The notes beneath the pieces were generated by a model. That model ran no database searches. It worked only from the letters and a program-made list of their open reading frames with translations, and was not told the origin of the DNA. A DNA stretch of 39,231 nt from a virus. Its lineage: Duplodnaviria; Caudoviricetes. The translations under genes were made by a program, and so were the position numbers. The DNA is taken from positions 1 through 39,231 of IMG/VR virus record IMGVR_UViG_3300031938_000011. One strand, 5' to 3'. Positions 1 through 10,211 of the stretch are shown in pieces (the first letter of the stretch is position 1; each line of letters starts with the position of its first letter).

Positions 1-48
1 ACCGCGAGGTGCACCCCGACGCGCCGCCCCGCGACGGACATGCCAGTA

Positions 49-82
49 GCGCCCCACCCCGGGAGTAGCCGGGGTGGGGCGC
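49..82. terminator. Hairpin, probable bidirectional terminator between converging genes
   Basis: 14-bp perfect stem GCGCCCCACCCCGG (49-62) / CCGGGGTGGGGCGC (69-82), 6-nt loop; lies downstream of the minus-strand lysis cassette. Confidence 0.7.
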
Positions 83-123
83 AGTGACGTACTGGGGGCC
101 GTGTGGGCCTCGCTGGGGCGTTG

Positions 124-330
124 CTAGGCCTCGGGTGGCCCGTTGCCCTTGGTGGGGTTGACCAGCAGGCCTATGAGGCCCGCCAGCGCCCCGCTAGCAA
201 TGTTCTGCAAGATGTCCGGGATGGGTCGGCCCGAACCGGCCCCCCACGCCAGCCCGATGATGCCGAGGACGCACACCAGCAGCGTGGCCCCCACGAACAG
301 GATCGCTGCCCGGTACGTGCCGTGATTCAT
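124..330 (-). CDS. Putative holin / small 2-TM membrane protein
   Basis: MNHGTYRAAILFVGATLLVCVLGIIGLAWG...GALAGLIGLLVNP has two hydrophobic segments; ATGA overlap with endolysin stop. Confidence 0.65.
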   Translation of the reverse strand: MNHGTYRAAILFVGATLLVCVLGIIGLAWGAGSGRPIPDILQNIASGALAGLIGLLVNPTKGNGPPEA

Positions 331-1646
331 GCCGCCACCTTCCCCCGGGCTTGGACGTAGATGTGCGCCCACCGGGCCGCGTGGTCGGTGAACAACTGGT
401 CTGTGCCCAACGTGCCGGTGGCCACGGCCTCGACCGTGCCGCCGTTGCTCGCCTCGCATGTCCACAGGTGGTCATAGCCGCCGTTGATGAGCCAACGGTG
501 GCCCGGGGCGAAGCCGGGGAACGCGCCGGTTCGGTTGAAGTCCCCGCCACCGATCACGGTGTAGCCCTGGCTGAGGAAGCCCTGCACCAGCGCGCTCATC
601 TTGTCGTGCGCCACGGCCCACATGGCTCGCCGCCACTGCTCCTCGGGCTGGCCGGGGTTGCTGTACGCCCCCGAGACAAAGTGGGTGTTGACCACGACGA
701 ACGACGGAGCGGACGAACCGTTGCGCTGCAACCGGACCCACGTCGCCACCCGGTGCGGGCTCACGTGCTCCTTGCCGCCGTGCAACGTGACCTTGCCGTA
801 GTCGAGCACCTTCCAGCCCTTGGTCCACACGCTGATCGGGCACTCGGTGTCCGTGTGCATGTGCGTGTAGCCGGGCACGGTGCTGCGGAGGTCGGCCACG
901 TCGTCCGGTTCGGCAATCTCCTGCCAGCAGATGACACCGCCCAACTTGCGCACCAGCCCCATGTCGTGGCGCACCTGATCCCGGGCGAGGTCGGGCAGGT
1001 TCTTGATGTTGCTGGTGACCAACTTGGCCCCGGTGCCGCCAGCCTTGTGCGGCACGGGTGGCACGGGCTTGATCGGCGGCGGCGGCTTGGCCACCAACGA
1101 CTTGGCCTCCTGCTTCACCATCGCCATGAACGCATCCCACGGGAACCCCACCCCGGGGTCGGTGTGCGTGGTCTGGTGCCATGCGTTGGTCACGTCGATG
1201 TGCCCGCAGATGCCACGGATGCCCAAGCGCAACTGCAACGAACCGACCTTGCGGATTGGCACGTCGTAGGCCAATGCCAACTGAGCCACCAGGTGCGCGG
1301 CCCGGGTGAGCATCGCGTGGTGGTTCGTGTCGCCCCACCGTGACGGGTTGCCGGTCTGCGGGTCGCACAACTCCACGCCGATGGTGTCAGTGTTCGGCGG
1401 TGCGTGATAAGCGATCTGGTGGTCGTAGACCACCTGCACGGCCTCGGCGGGGTCCACCACGTAGTGCGCGCTGCTCGGCGTGGTCACCGTGGTCTTGAAG
1501 TAGCCCGCCACGGCCCGCGCGCCACCAGCCACGCACGGGCTTACCGTGCAGTGGATCACGATGCGCTTGAGCGGCTTGAGCGCCTGGGGGCCGCCGTGGA
1601 ACTTGGCGGGGCCGAGGTACGGCGGGGCGGGAGGTGACACGGGCAC
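327..1646 (-). CDS. Endolysin: N-acetylmuramoyl-L-alanine amidase + Pro-rich linker + C-terminal EEP (endo/exonuclease/phosphatase) domain
   Basis: Amidase_2 motifs IVIHCT, SAHYVVD, AYHA, IGVELC, GHID, HTDPG; EEP motifs TSNI, WQE, NTH, GDFN, YDH, TDH; GTG start after GAGGAG. Confidence 0.85.
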   Translation of the reverse strand: MPVSPPAPPYLGPAKFHGGPQALKPLKRIVIHCTVSPCVAGGARAVAGYFKTTVTTPSSAHYVVDPAEAVQVVYDHQIAYHAPPNTDTIGVELCDPQTGNPSRWGDTNHHAMLTRAAHLVAQLALAYDVPIRKVGSLQLRLGIRGICGHIDVTNAWHQTTHTDPGVGFPWDAFMAMVKQEAKSLVAKPPPPIKPVPPVPHKAGGTGAKLVTSNIKNLPDLARDQVRHDMGLVRKLGGVICWQEIAEPDDVADLRSTVPGYTHMHTDTECPISVWTKGWKVLDYGKVTLHGGKEHVSPHRVATWVRLQRNGSSAPSFVVVNTHFVSGAYSNPGQPEEQWRRAMWAVAHDKMSALVQGFLSQGYTVIGGGDFNRTGAFPGFAPGHRWLINGGYDHLWTCEASNGGTVEAVATGTLGTDQLFTDHAARWAHIYVQARGKVAA

Positions 1647-1650
1647 GGCG

Positions 1651-2061
1651 TTACTCCTCATGGTCGTGGTGGCCAGCCACCAGGGGCGGCGGCGGCGGGT
1701 GCTCGGGGTTGACTTGCGACAAGATGGCGAAGGCCATTTGGTCCCAGGCCTCGTGAACGGCGGCCCGGGTGAGCATGTGGCGCTCGCGCTCCTCAAGGAG
1801 GGTCAGCCGGTGCTCAAGGTTGTCGATCCGCTCGGCCTTCTTGGCCTCGCTCTGCCGCACCTCCGCGATGATGTCGCGCAGGTACTTGACTTCCCCGGCC
1901 ACGATCTCCTGCTCGGTGGCCCTGGTTTCCACGCGCGTCTTGTCAGCAGCGGCGGCCCGGCTGGCCCGGCCCCACATCAGGTCAAGCACGCGCAGCAGGC
2001 CAGCACCGGCTGCACCAGCGGCGGCCACCAGTGCCGCCGCCTCGCTAGGGCTCACGTGCAT
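1651..2061 (-). CDS. Lysis-region membrane protein with coiled coil
   Basis: N-terminal hydrophobic segment followed by a charged heptad region (AERIDNLEHRLTLLEERE); directly upstream of the lysin. Confidence 0.65.
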   Translation of the reverse strand: MHVSPSEAAALVAAAGAAGAGLLRVLDLMWGRASRAAAADKTRVETRATEQEIVAGEVKYLRDIIAEVRQSEAKKAERIDNLEHRLTLLEERERHMLTRAAVHEAWDQMAFAILSQVNPEHPPPPPLVAGHHDHEE

Positions 2062-2593
2062 GCTTGCCGCCTCCGTTCTTGGGCTGGTGGCGGCGCAGCA
2101 GGCGCAGCGTCCACAGGTGGATCACCAGCAGCGCCAGCAGGCCCGCGTACACCGCTATGGGGTAGCCGGGCACGTAGCCGTGCGGCTGTGGTTCGTGCGG
2201 CCCCAGCACCCGGTAGTTGTTCTGGTGCACCCGCGCCCAGGCCAGGCCTGCGGTCATGGCCAGGTCCCACAGCGCGATCAGCGCCAGGCCCAGGCCTTCC
2301 AGGTGAATGCTGCGGGGCCGCCCCAGCAGCCCGCCGATGAGCGCGATGCCGCCCACCACGGCGACCGGCCCCATGATGAAGCGAGCCCCCGGCCCGGCCA
2401 CCTGCTCTATCTGCGAGGCGGTGCCCCACAGCATCATCTGGATGCCCGCCAGCGTGGCCACCAGGCCGTGGACCCATAGCAGGCCCAGCCGGTTGGCTAT
2501 CTCGTAGGCCTGCCGGGACTGGGTGCGCTGCACGCGCGCCGTCACCAGTTCGGCGGCCTCCTCTAGCCGGTCCAGGGGGTCGAACGATTCCAC
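2045..2593 (-). CDS. Multi-pass (about 4 TM) membrane protein, holin-like
   Basis: Four hydrophobic stretches; GTG start at 2593 just after the tail gene stop. Confidence 0.65.
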   Translation of the reverse strand: MESFDPLDRLEEAAELVTARVQRTQSRQAYEIANRLGLLWVHGLVATLAGIQMMLWGTASQIEQVAGPGARFIMGPVAVVGGIALIGGLLGRPRSIHLEGLGLALIALWDLAMTAGLAWARVHQNNYRVLGPHEPQPHGYVPGYPIAVYAGLLALLVIHLWTLRLLRRHQPKNGGGKHAREP

Positions 2594-2612
2594 GGTGTGT
2601 CGCCCCCGCCTG

Positions 2613-5405
2613 TTAGGAGTCGGTGAACCAGAAACAGTTGCCGAAGATGTTTGACCCGGCTGGCAGGGTGGACGCGGTGCCGTAGCCGTCAAAGGCGGCC
2701 AGGTGCAGCACCCCCACGTTGTTCATGTAGGCAATGCCCGCCCTGCCGTTGGCGAGCAGGAATACCGGGATGCTGTCGTCGCTGGGCCGGTAGCCCACCG
2801 GCAGGGTGGACAGCATCACCGGGTCACCCGTGACGTTGCCGGTGTTGGCGAAGGACACCGCTGCGTTGTTACTGATGAGGAAGCGCAGGTACACCACCGG
2901 CCCGATCTTGCGGTAGTGCGCGAACACCTTGGTGTAGCCGGTGCCTGCGGTCAGTTCCAGCCACCCGGTGTCGCTATAGAGCCCCTTGGTGTCCTTGCCG
3001 GTGGCGTCCCAGGCCCACGGCCCCACGCGGCCCGAGCCGTCACCGGACAACTTCACCAGCGGGCCGCTGCCGTCGCTGGCTTGGGACACCAGGGTGGCCG
3101 GGGTGCCCGTGCCGAACGAGGACACCGTGAGGTTGTTCAACGGCGTGAACGTGGCCGCCGTGATGACGCGCGACGGCGTACTGGTGCCGGTCGTGGACCC
3201 CTGCAACGTCATGGATGCCGTGGCCACGTTGGGAGCCGTGGCCCCCTTGGCCAGGTACACCCGGGCCTCGGTGGCCCCCGATGCCACGGCGGTGGTCTTG
3301 ACCGTGAGTTTCGCCCGCCGCTTCATGGTGAACGCTTGGGCCGGGGAGAGCGTGGTTTCTGCCGGGGTGTTGGCGTTGCGCCAGGAGTAGGCGGCGTACC
3401 AGGTCGCATCGGCGCTTGCCGACCACTTGTTGCCGTTCTCGAACTTGTACTCCATGCCGGTGGAGGACACGGCCCGGAAGTTGCTGCCGTCCCACAGCAT
3501 GCCGCGCAGTTGAACACCGGAGGGCGCATCCCACACCTGCGTGGTGTCCAGCACCCCAGCGGTGTCCACCACCTGCACCAAGGCGCTGCCCAGGTCGGTG
3601 CCGAACACGTACCGGCTGGCCCCCATGTCGAACGTCCCGAACATCAAGTAGCGCAGGTGATAGGCGAACGCCGTTGCGCACACCAGGTCAGCACCCCACG
3701 TCACTGCCGGGGCCGCGCCGATGGTGGTCGAGCCAGCGGGCAGCGTGAACCGTCGAATGTGCACCTTGCCGTCGCTGGTGTACGACTGGGCGTAGATGAA
3801 CTCCCCCGTTGCCGGGTCACGGGTCAGGGCGGGTGCCCAACCGTTGACGCCCGTGCCCTGGGGCGAGCCAGCGCCGCTCAACGCCCAATAGCGCCTGTCG
3901 GCGTTGACGCTGGCCGCCAGCGTCAAATACCAGCCCGCGTGAAGGGTGCTGTAGAAGATGACGTACGGGGCCGAGTTGTCGGGGGCCATGACGAAGTTGG
4001 TTGCCTGCCACGCGTCCCCGGACTCCGTGGGCTGCGCATTCCAGCCCGCGTAGGAACTCCCCAGGTCCCGCCAGATCGTGAAGCCGGGAAAGCCGACGCT
4101 CGGGTAGTTGGTCTGCAACCAAGCACGGCGCACCACCCCCAAGGTGTCGGGGCACAAGTTCCACCCGTAGACCTTGGACCAGTCCCCATTCACGTCGTAT
4201 TGCGCCGTGTCGTAACCCACCGTGATGGTGGGCGGGTTGCTGGGCGCGGCCACGCTCATGGCCATGGTCAGGGTGGAGCCCTGGGACAACAGGGTGGCTT
4301 GCAGGGTGGTGAGGGTCGCCACCGTCAGGTGGTCAATCTCGGCATCGCCGCGAAACACGTTCGGCAGGTTGGGATCGTCGGGCATCTCCACGCGCTTGTT
4401 GCCGGACTGGTCGTAGGTGAACAGGCCGGTAGGCGTGAGGTCGATGCCGGGGCCGGTCAGGTTGCCGTTGGCGTCCAACGTGCGGGTGCTGATGGTCGTG
4501 CCCAAGATCACGACACTGGCCAACGTCGCGGCGGTCACGGACCCCACCGCCAGGTCCCCGCTGGCAGCCCGGTCCATGGCCCCGTTGGTGGTGGGGCTGG
4601 CGGCGGCGTTGCCGTCCTCGTCGTAGGCCTGCACCACGAACGCGTAGGAGGTGTCGTACGCAAACGGCGTGCCGTCCGCGAGGTACTTGACGGCGGCCAT
4701 GGTCCCCGCCGTCTCGGCCAACAACGTGGTGGCATCCAGGGGCAACGGGCTGCCCGATGGTGCGCCATAGACCCGGTACCGAACAGGGGCCGTCTGCGGG
4801 TCGCCGTTGGCGTTGGTGGTCACCACGGACCACTTCACGAAGATGAGCCCAAGGCCCCCCAGCGTCGTCACGGTGGCCACAGCAGCGGGCACGACACCAT
4901 CGCGGGCCGGGGGCACGCTGGTGGGGTCGAGGACCACGCTGCCTTGCAACGTCGGGGCCGTCTGCGGCTGGCTGGTCACCCGGTACGTGCCGCGCACCAA
5001 CTCAAGTTCGACCGGCACCGGGTTGTCGTAGGAACCCTCGGGGAAGTAGCCGACCAACGCCGTGGGGAGTTCGGCGGGCACCGTGTCCCCGGTGCTGTCG
5101 TCGTCGGCGTCCACCAGGGCCACGTGGGCGTACCACTGCACCATCGGCGTGCCCGCTTCGATCACCTGCACGGGCTCGGAAACGTCCGCTGTGACCCCAG
5201 CAGCGGCGGCCAGGTAGATCAGTCCCGCGTCCTCGTCCAACGCCGTGTAGGTCAACGTGGCCCCTGCCACGAGCAGGAGGCCGCCGTCCTCGTTGAAGTC
5301 CGCCGTGTGGTCCACGGTCAGCACGGTGTCCGTGGCCAGGAGCGGGATCACCAGACTGCTGCCCAGCAAGCCCTTCTCGACCGCCACCACCGTGCCGTAC
5401 TGCAT
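2613..5405 (-). CDS. Minor tail / receptor-binding (tail fibre) protein
   Basis: 930 aa beta-rich; FN3-like segment (VKWS...YRVY...YAFVVQAYDEDGN); C-terminal fibre motif DTGW...YRKIGPVVYLR...LPVGYRPS. Confidence 0.8.
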   Translation of the reverse strand: MQYGTVVAVEKGLLGSSLVIPLLATDTVLTVDHTADFNEDGGLLLVAGATLTYTALDEDAGLIYLAAAAGVTADVSEPVQVIEAGTPMVQWYAHVALVDADDDSTGDTVPAELPTALVGYFPEGSYDNPVPVELELVRGTYRVTSQPQTAPTLQGSVVLDPTSVPPARDGVVPAAVATVTTLGGLGLIFVKWSVVTTNANGDPQTAPVRYRVYGAPSGSPLPLDATTLLAETAGTMAAVKYLADGTPFAYDTSYAFVVQAYDEDGNAAASPTTNGAMDRAASGDLAVGSVTAATLASVVILGTTISTRTLDANGNLTGPGIDLTPTGLFTYDQSGNKRVEMPDDPNLPNVFRGDAEIDHLTVATLTTLQATLLSQGSTLTMAMSVAAPSNPPTITVGYDTAQYDVNGDWSKVYGWNLCPDTLGVVRRAWLQTNYPSVGFPGFTIWRDLGSSYAGWNAQPTESGDAWQATNFVMAPDNSAPYVIFYSTLHAGWYLTLAASVNADRRYWALSGAGSPQGTGVNGWAPALTRDPATGEFIYAQSYTSDGKVHIRRFTLPAGSTTIGAAPAVTWGADLVCATAFAYHLRYLMFGTFDMGASRYVFGTDLGSALVQVVDTAGVLDTTQVWDAPSGVQLRGMLWDGSNFRAVSSTGMEYKFENGNKWSASADATWYAAYSWRNANTPAETTLSPAQAFTMKRRAKLTVKTTAVASGATEARVYLAKGATAPNVATASMTLQGSTTGTSTPSRVITAATFTPLNNLTVSSFGTGTPATLVSQASDGSGPLVKLSGDGSGRVGPWAWDATGKDTKGLYSDTGWLELTAGTGYTKVFAHYRKIGPVVYLRFLISNNAAVSFANTGNVTGDPVMLSTLPVGYRPSDDSIPVFLLANGRAGIAYMNNVGVLHLAAFDGYGTASTLPAGSNIFGNCFWFTDS

Positions 5406-6550
5406 CAGGGCCTCCGCTTGTACGTCTTGGGAATCGAAACGGCGTCGGTGTAGCCCACCGTCATGTCGCCGCCCGTGAGGGGGAACGAGAACTGCCGCAA
5501 CCGCTCGGTGCTGGCGTACGCCGTGGTGCTGATCCGCACCATGTCCAACTCATCGAGGAACGGCACCGGCAGGGCGTTGAACGTCGAGCCGAACGACAAG
5601 TTCGTGACGCGGGCCAGGTCGCGGTCGGCGCGGGCCTGGGCCGCCTTCTTGCTGCCGATCTTGTCGTCGGTGATCGTTTGGCGCAGGTAGGTCCACACGC
5701 CGTTGCGGGCAAGCGATTTGGGGCTGGCCGGGTGCCAGGAGGGCAACGTGGCGTGGGCCGTGTGGTCGGCGGGCTTGTGCCCGATGACCACCACCTGGTT
5801 GATGATGTTGGACTTGTCGTGCGAGACGGTCAGCGGTGCGGTGATGTTGCCGCCCTGGCCGTCCTTGAACGTGTAGACCGGGGCGCTGGGGTAGTCGCGC
5901 AACCGGAGCACCCCGGCCCCGTCGTAGTACAACTGCATGTCCAGGCTGCTGGCGATGGACTTGCACACCGCCCACGGCTGCACCTCGTCCTCCCACCCCA
6001 CGTGCACGTCCTTGGGCAGCCGCCGCGTGACACCCGAGGGCAAGCCGAACGTGTCCTCGCCCGCCCGCTCGCTCATGATCGTGCGTATGGCCGCCACAGC
6101 GTTGTGGCCCTTGCGCAACGTCATGGTGGGCACGCCGTGCATGGCCAGAGCCTCCTTGCCCTGGCACTCCACGCTCACCTCGTCCCCCGTGCGGTCGAAC
6201 TTCACCAGGGGGCCGGTGAACACCGGGCACGTGACGACGCGGCCCAACGCGGGCACGAACATGCGCACCCGCACCTGAGCCATGTTGTCGAAGTAGACGG
6301 CCCCGTCTGCCGGGCTGTCGGGCTCAAACTGCAACGCCCCGGTGGGGTCGAGCCACGCCAACGTGGCCGAGCGGGTCACGTCGGCGGTGGTGTCGAGGTT
6401 CACCTGCCCGCTGTCGAGCGCCGGGGCAATCGTGGTCACGAGGTCCCCGGACAGGGTGAGGATGCGCACCTGCACGTCCATGACGTACGAGTGCGACCAC
6501 GCGGCGACGTAGGCCGCCAGGTCGGCGCTGGTCAGCCCGAGGGTCTGCAC
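5405..6550 (-). CDS. Minor tail protein (baseplate hub / Tal-like)
   Basis: 381 aa; LYYDGAGVLRL and INQVVVIG motifs typical of hub proteins; second gene after the tape measure. Confidence 0.75.
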   Translation of the reverse strand: MQTLGLTSADLAAYVAAWSHSYVMDVQVRILTLSGDLVTTIAPALDSGQVNLDTTADVTRSATLAWLDPTGALQFEPDSPADGAVYFDNMAQVRVRMFVPALGRVVTCPVFTGPLVKFDRTGDEVSVECQGKEALAMHGVPTMTLRKGHNAVAAIRTIMSERAGEDTFGLPSGVTRRLPKDVHVGWEDEVQPWAVCKSIASSLDMQLYYDGAGVLRLRDYPSAPVYTFKDGQGGNITAPLTVSHDKSNIINQVVVIGHKPADHTAHATLPSWHPASPKSLARNGVWTYLRQTITDDKIGSKKAAQARADRDLARVTNLSFGSTFNALPVPFLDELDMVRISTTAYASTERLRQFSFPLTGGDMTVGYTDAVSIPKTYKRRP

Positions 6551-8352
6551 TACAGCACCGCCGCGTATGGGAGTTCGCCCACCTGCGTGAAGGAGAACGT
6601 GACGGCGATGTAGCGGCTGCCGTCCTTGCTCAACGGGTGCGGGGCCAACGTCATGGCGTGCAACTGCACCGGGATATTGATGTCGCCCGCCACCATGCGC
6701 AGCACCTTGGCGGGGTTGCCCTTGAGCGCAAACAGGTTCGCCTCCACGGTGGCCACGGTCGGGTACCCGGGCACCTCCACCGCCTCGCCCGACCAGTCGC
6801 CCTCAAGGCCCCGTTGGCTGCTCACGACGAGCACCGGAGCGTCGGCCCCAATGGGGTTGAAGATCGTTGAGTCCTCGCCGTACGCCCACGAGCCCTCGTC
6901 GTTGCCCCACAGCACCGCGTCCAGGCCGGTGTCGGGGTCCGCGAGCCAGAACCCTGCACCCACAGGGGTCAGCGTCACGGACGGCCCTTGCTGGCCCGTC
7001 TTGCCGTTGACGATGGGCACCACCTTGTACGTGGTGGGCCGGTTCGGTGCCACGGACCAGTCGCGCCACGCGTAGTTGTTGGTGCTGCCCACCCGCACGT
7101 CGGTGTAGTCGGTGGTGCGGTACACCTCGGTGCCGTTGCGCAACACCACCCAGCCGTCCGGGGCGGCTGCACGGCTCCACGTGAGGTCCACCCAGGGCGC
7201 GGGCTTGGCCTGCACGGCGGCCATGGTGTCCACGCCCGCGATGGTGTTGTCCTGGGCGTACGTGAGCGCCTGATCGACTTGCACGTAAGCCGGATCGCCC
7301 ACCGTCTCGTCGCGCACCACGTTGTCCCACGCCCGCACCCGCAGCGTGTAGGCGGCGGTGGGGTCGGTGAACACCGACGAGGGCGGGGTGTAGTCCCCGG
7401 TGGTGGTGGCGAATACGCCGGAGTCGAACACCTGCACCCCGGCCCGGTACGCCAACACCTGCATGCGGCGCAGGTTCGCCATGGTGATCGCCACGGGCGG
7501 GCTCGGGTCGTACACGGTAGCCGGGGGCTGGTTCGCCACCATGGCGGGCTTGACGTGTCGGGAGAACGACGCCCACGCAGACCATGCGCTCAGTTGGCCG
7601 TTGCTACTGCGCACCCGCACCCGCCATTGGGTGCTCGCACCATCGGCCAGGCCCGCGTACGTCGTCGCCGCGAGGTCGTAGGACTCGGTGTCGGTCGCCA
7701 CCTCGCCGCTGTCGTACGCGGGGGCGGCGGCGTTGCCTGCGGGGTCCACCTGCACCTGGTGGGCCACGGTGTCCGTGCTGCTCACGTACGACAACACCGG
7801 CTTGGCCAACGACACCGCTGCGGCGCTCGGGTTGAGCGACGTGGGCGTGGGCGGCGGGTAGCCGTACGTCACGACCAACACCGGCTTGAGCGTGCTGGCG
7901 CGGAAGCCCCACACGCGTTGCGTGGTGGTGCGGTCGGTGCTGATCCGCCAGCCGTAGTTGGGCTGTCCGTCCACAATCGACTGGACGTGCGCGGTCACGT
8001 CGAAGTCCCACAGCGCACCGGCAGCCGGTGCCGTCAGGGCGACGGTGGCCACCGGGCCGGTGACCCCGGGCCGGTTGGACCACGTGGCCTTGCTGGCCGT
8101 CCACTTGGCGCTGATCCGCTGTGCGGACAGCGTTGTGGTGCCGGTCAACGCACCGACGCCCCACAGCCGCAGCCGGGCGCTGGTGACCACCGCGCCCTTG
8201 TGGAGGTCCTTGGGTAGGCCCAACTGCACCAGGGCGTACGCGGTCGGCGCAGGGCCGAGCAGGGCCAGTTGTGCCGGGCTCCCGTACACGTAACTGGTCT
8301 TGGCCTGCGACACCATCACGGAGACACCGGAGCGCAGCGTGGTGGTGGTCAT
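6550..8352 (-). CDS. Minor tail protein with N-terminal DNRLRE-like carbohydrate-binding domain and Ig/FN3-like repeats
   Basis: VTSARLRLW...ATWSNRP...FDVTAHVQ...NYGW...PVLVVTY pattern; directly after the tape measure. Confidence 0.75.
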   Translation of the reverse strand: MTTTTLRSGVSVMVSQAKTSYVYGSPAQLALLGPAPTAYALVQLGLPKDLHKGAVVTSARLRLWGVGALTGTTTLSAQRISAKWTASKATWSNRPGVTGPVATVALTAPAAGALWDFDVTAHVQSIVDGQPNYGWRISTDRTTTQRVWGFRASTLKPVLVVTYGYPPPTPTSLNPSAAAVSLAKPVLSYVSSTDTVAHQVQVDPAGNAAAPAYDSGEVATDTESYDLAATTYAGLADGASTQWRVRVRSSNGQLSAWSAWASFSRHVKPAMVANQPPATVYDPSPPVAITMANLRRMQVLAYRAGVQVFDSGVFATTTGDYTPPSSVFTDPTAAYTLRVRAWDNVVRDETVGDPAYVQVDQALTYAQDNTIAGVDTMAAVQAKPAPWVDLTWSRAAAPDGWVVLRNGTEVYRTTDYTDVRVGSTNNYAWRDWSVAPNRPTTYKVVPIVNGKTGQQGPSVTLTPVGAGFWLADPDTGLDAVLWGNDEGSWAYGEDSTIFNPIGADAPVLVVSSQRGLEGDWSGEAVEVPGYPTVATVEANLFALKGNPAKVLRMVAGDINIPVQLHAMTLAPHPLSKDGSRYIAVTFSFTQVGELPYAAVL

Positions 8353-10211
8353 CGGCTCTGCCGTCCCATCGTCGCGGAGTGGTGGCGGTGCGCCCGGATA
8401 CGGGAGTCGGCCACGTCGGTCAGGTACGCGTCGAACGTGCGCTCGCCCACCACCAGGGCCACACGACGGCCCGACAGCCCTTGCTGTGCAGCGTCCTGGG
8501 GCTGCACCGAGGCGTACGTGCGGGCGACGTTCGGCACGATGCGTCCGCTGGCGTCCGGCTTGAACACCTCCGGCCCGTTCTCGCCCACCAGGTACGCGGC
8601 ACCTCGGCGCACCGGCCCACCAATGGCCCGACTCCCCGCGATGTCGGCGTGCTTGGCGGCTGCCGTGTTGGCGTTGACGATTCGCGTCGTCCGGGTGGTG
8701 ATGATGTCAATATGCACCGGCTTGGGCGAGTGGATGTTGTCGAGCCCGTTGCGAACGTCCTTCAACTTGTTCTCGACCCCGGCCAGGTGGCCGATCACCG
8801 AACGCCCGAACGAGTCGAACGCCCCGGCTGCCTTCTTCACCTTGGGACCAATGCCGGGTATCCAACCCAGGCCCCTGGCCGCCGCGTGCACGATCCCGCC
8901 GAACACAGCGAATGCGGCGGTGAGGAGGAGCCGCAGGGCGTGCACGCCAAAGATGCCCACGGTCAACCAGGCCTTGGCCAGCAACTTGAGGTAGCCGACG
9001 AACACCTTGCCGATGAACGAGCCCACCACCTTGAGCACGCCCCACACGCCGTTGAGCACCGTGCGGAACTTCTCGCTGTGACGGTAGGCGTACACGATGC
9101 CCGCCACCAGGGCGGCAATCGCTATGACCGTCAGGCCGATGGGCGACAGCAGGAACGCGGAGTTGAGCAACCGCTGGGCGGCGGCCCATGCCTTGGTGAC
9201 CCCCACCACCGTGGCGATGATGCCCACGAACGTGCCCACGGTGGCCTTGTTGTGCGCGATGAAACCGAGCACCTTGCTGATGTACGGCAGGGCGGCTTGA
9301 AACGCGGTGGCAATCCGGCGCACCACATCGGCCAGCCGTCCACCCGGCCCGGTGCCGTTCTGCATGCCCTGGATGAACCCCTCAATAGCGGGAATCACCT
9401 TACGGGTAACGACATTCTCGAACTTGTCGATGTACGGCAGCAGCGCGGTGCCGATCATCTCCTTGAAGTTGGCGAACGCCGTAGACATCTTCTCGCCCGA
9501 CGTGGCCGAGGCGGCGGCGGTGCCGCCGAACTCCTTGCGCAACTCGCCCAGGATGACCTTCTGCGCGCCCATGGTGTCGCCCGACTTCACCATGTGCTTG
9601 ATCTGCTTCTGCTGTTGGGCATCGAACGAGACGCCGACCTTGGACAGGGCGGTGAGCCCCTTCACCGGATCGTTGAGCGCCTTGCCGAGTTGGATCGCGG
9701 CGGCCTTGGGCGGCTTGCCCATCGCGGCGGCCATGTCGGTGGCCGCCTGCGTGGCCTGGTCAAAGACCTTGTTGCCCTTGCCCGCCTCGTTGCGCACGTT
9801 GGTGAACGTCAGCAGCAGGTTGCTGGCCGACTGCACGGCCTCGTCGTCAATGCCGGTCTTGTTGCTGATCGCCGTGGCCAGGTTGCCCACCTGCTTGGCG
9901 GTCACGTTCGCCGCGCCACCCGTGGACTTGATGACGTTGGCCGTTATCGCGCCAACCTTCTGGCTCTCCCGGGCCTCGGCCACGGAGTCCTTGAGGAAGT
10001 CCACCACCTTGGTGGCCGCGAACGCCCCACCAATGGCCGCGCCGATCTTGGCAACGCCCGGGATCATCCCGGCGTGGAAGCCCTTGCCTGCCGCCCTGCC
10101 GCCCTCGGTACCGGCCTTGGCGCTGGCCCCGGCCACCTCCTTGGTGATCTGGTCCGTGGCCCCCTTGGCGGAGAACATCAGCGACACGTAGGCCGATGCG
10201 ACTTCGCTCAC
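8349..10211 (-). CDS. Tape measure protein (short, 620 aa)
   Basis: Starts SEVASAYVSL; Ala/Gly-rich helical; QLGKALNDP motif; C-terminal GGPV...YLVGENGPEVFKP. Confidence 0.92.
   Translation of the reverse strand: MSEVASAYVSLMFSAKGATDQITKEVAGASAKAGTEGGRAAGKGFHAGMIPGVAKIGAAIGGAFAATKVVDFLKDSVAEARESQKVGAITANVIKSTGGAANVTAKQVGNLATAISNKTGIDDEAVQSASNLLLTFTNVRNEAGKGNKVFDQATQAATDMAAAMGKPPKAAAIQLGKALNDPVKGLTALSKVGVSFDAQQQKQIKHMVKSGDTMGAQKVILGELRKEFGGTAAASATSGEKMSTAFANFKEMIGTALLPYIDKFENVVTRKVIPAIEGFIQGMQNGTGPGGRLADVVRRIATAFQAALPYISKVLGFIAHNKATVGTFVGIIATVVGVTKAWAAAQRLLNSAFLLSPIGLTVIAIAALVAGIVYAYRHSEKFRTVLNGVWGVLKVVGSFIGKVFVGYLKLLAKAWLTVGIFGVHALRLLLTAAFAVFGGIVHAAARGLGWIPGIGPKVKKAAGAFDSFGRSVIGHLAGVENKLKDVRNGLDNIHSPKPVHIDIITTRTTRIVNANTAAAKHADIAGSRAIGGPVRRGAAYLVGENGPEVFKPDASGRIVPNVARTYASVQPQDAAQQGLSGRRVALVVGERTFDAYLTDVADSRIRAHRHHSATMGRQSR

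Noticed and set aside
2613-3000. Diversity-generating retroelement target at the tail fibre C-terminus
   Set aside because: No reverse transcriptase and no template/variable repeat pair seen
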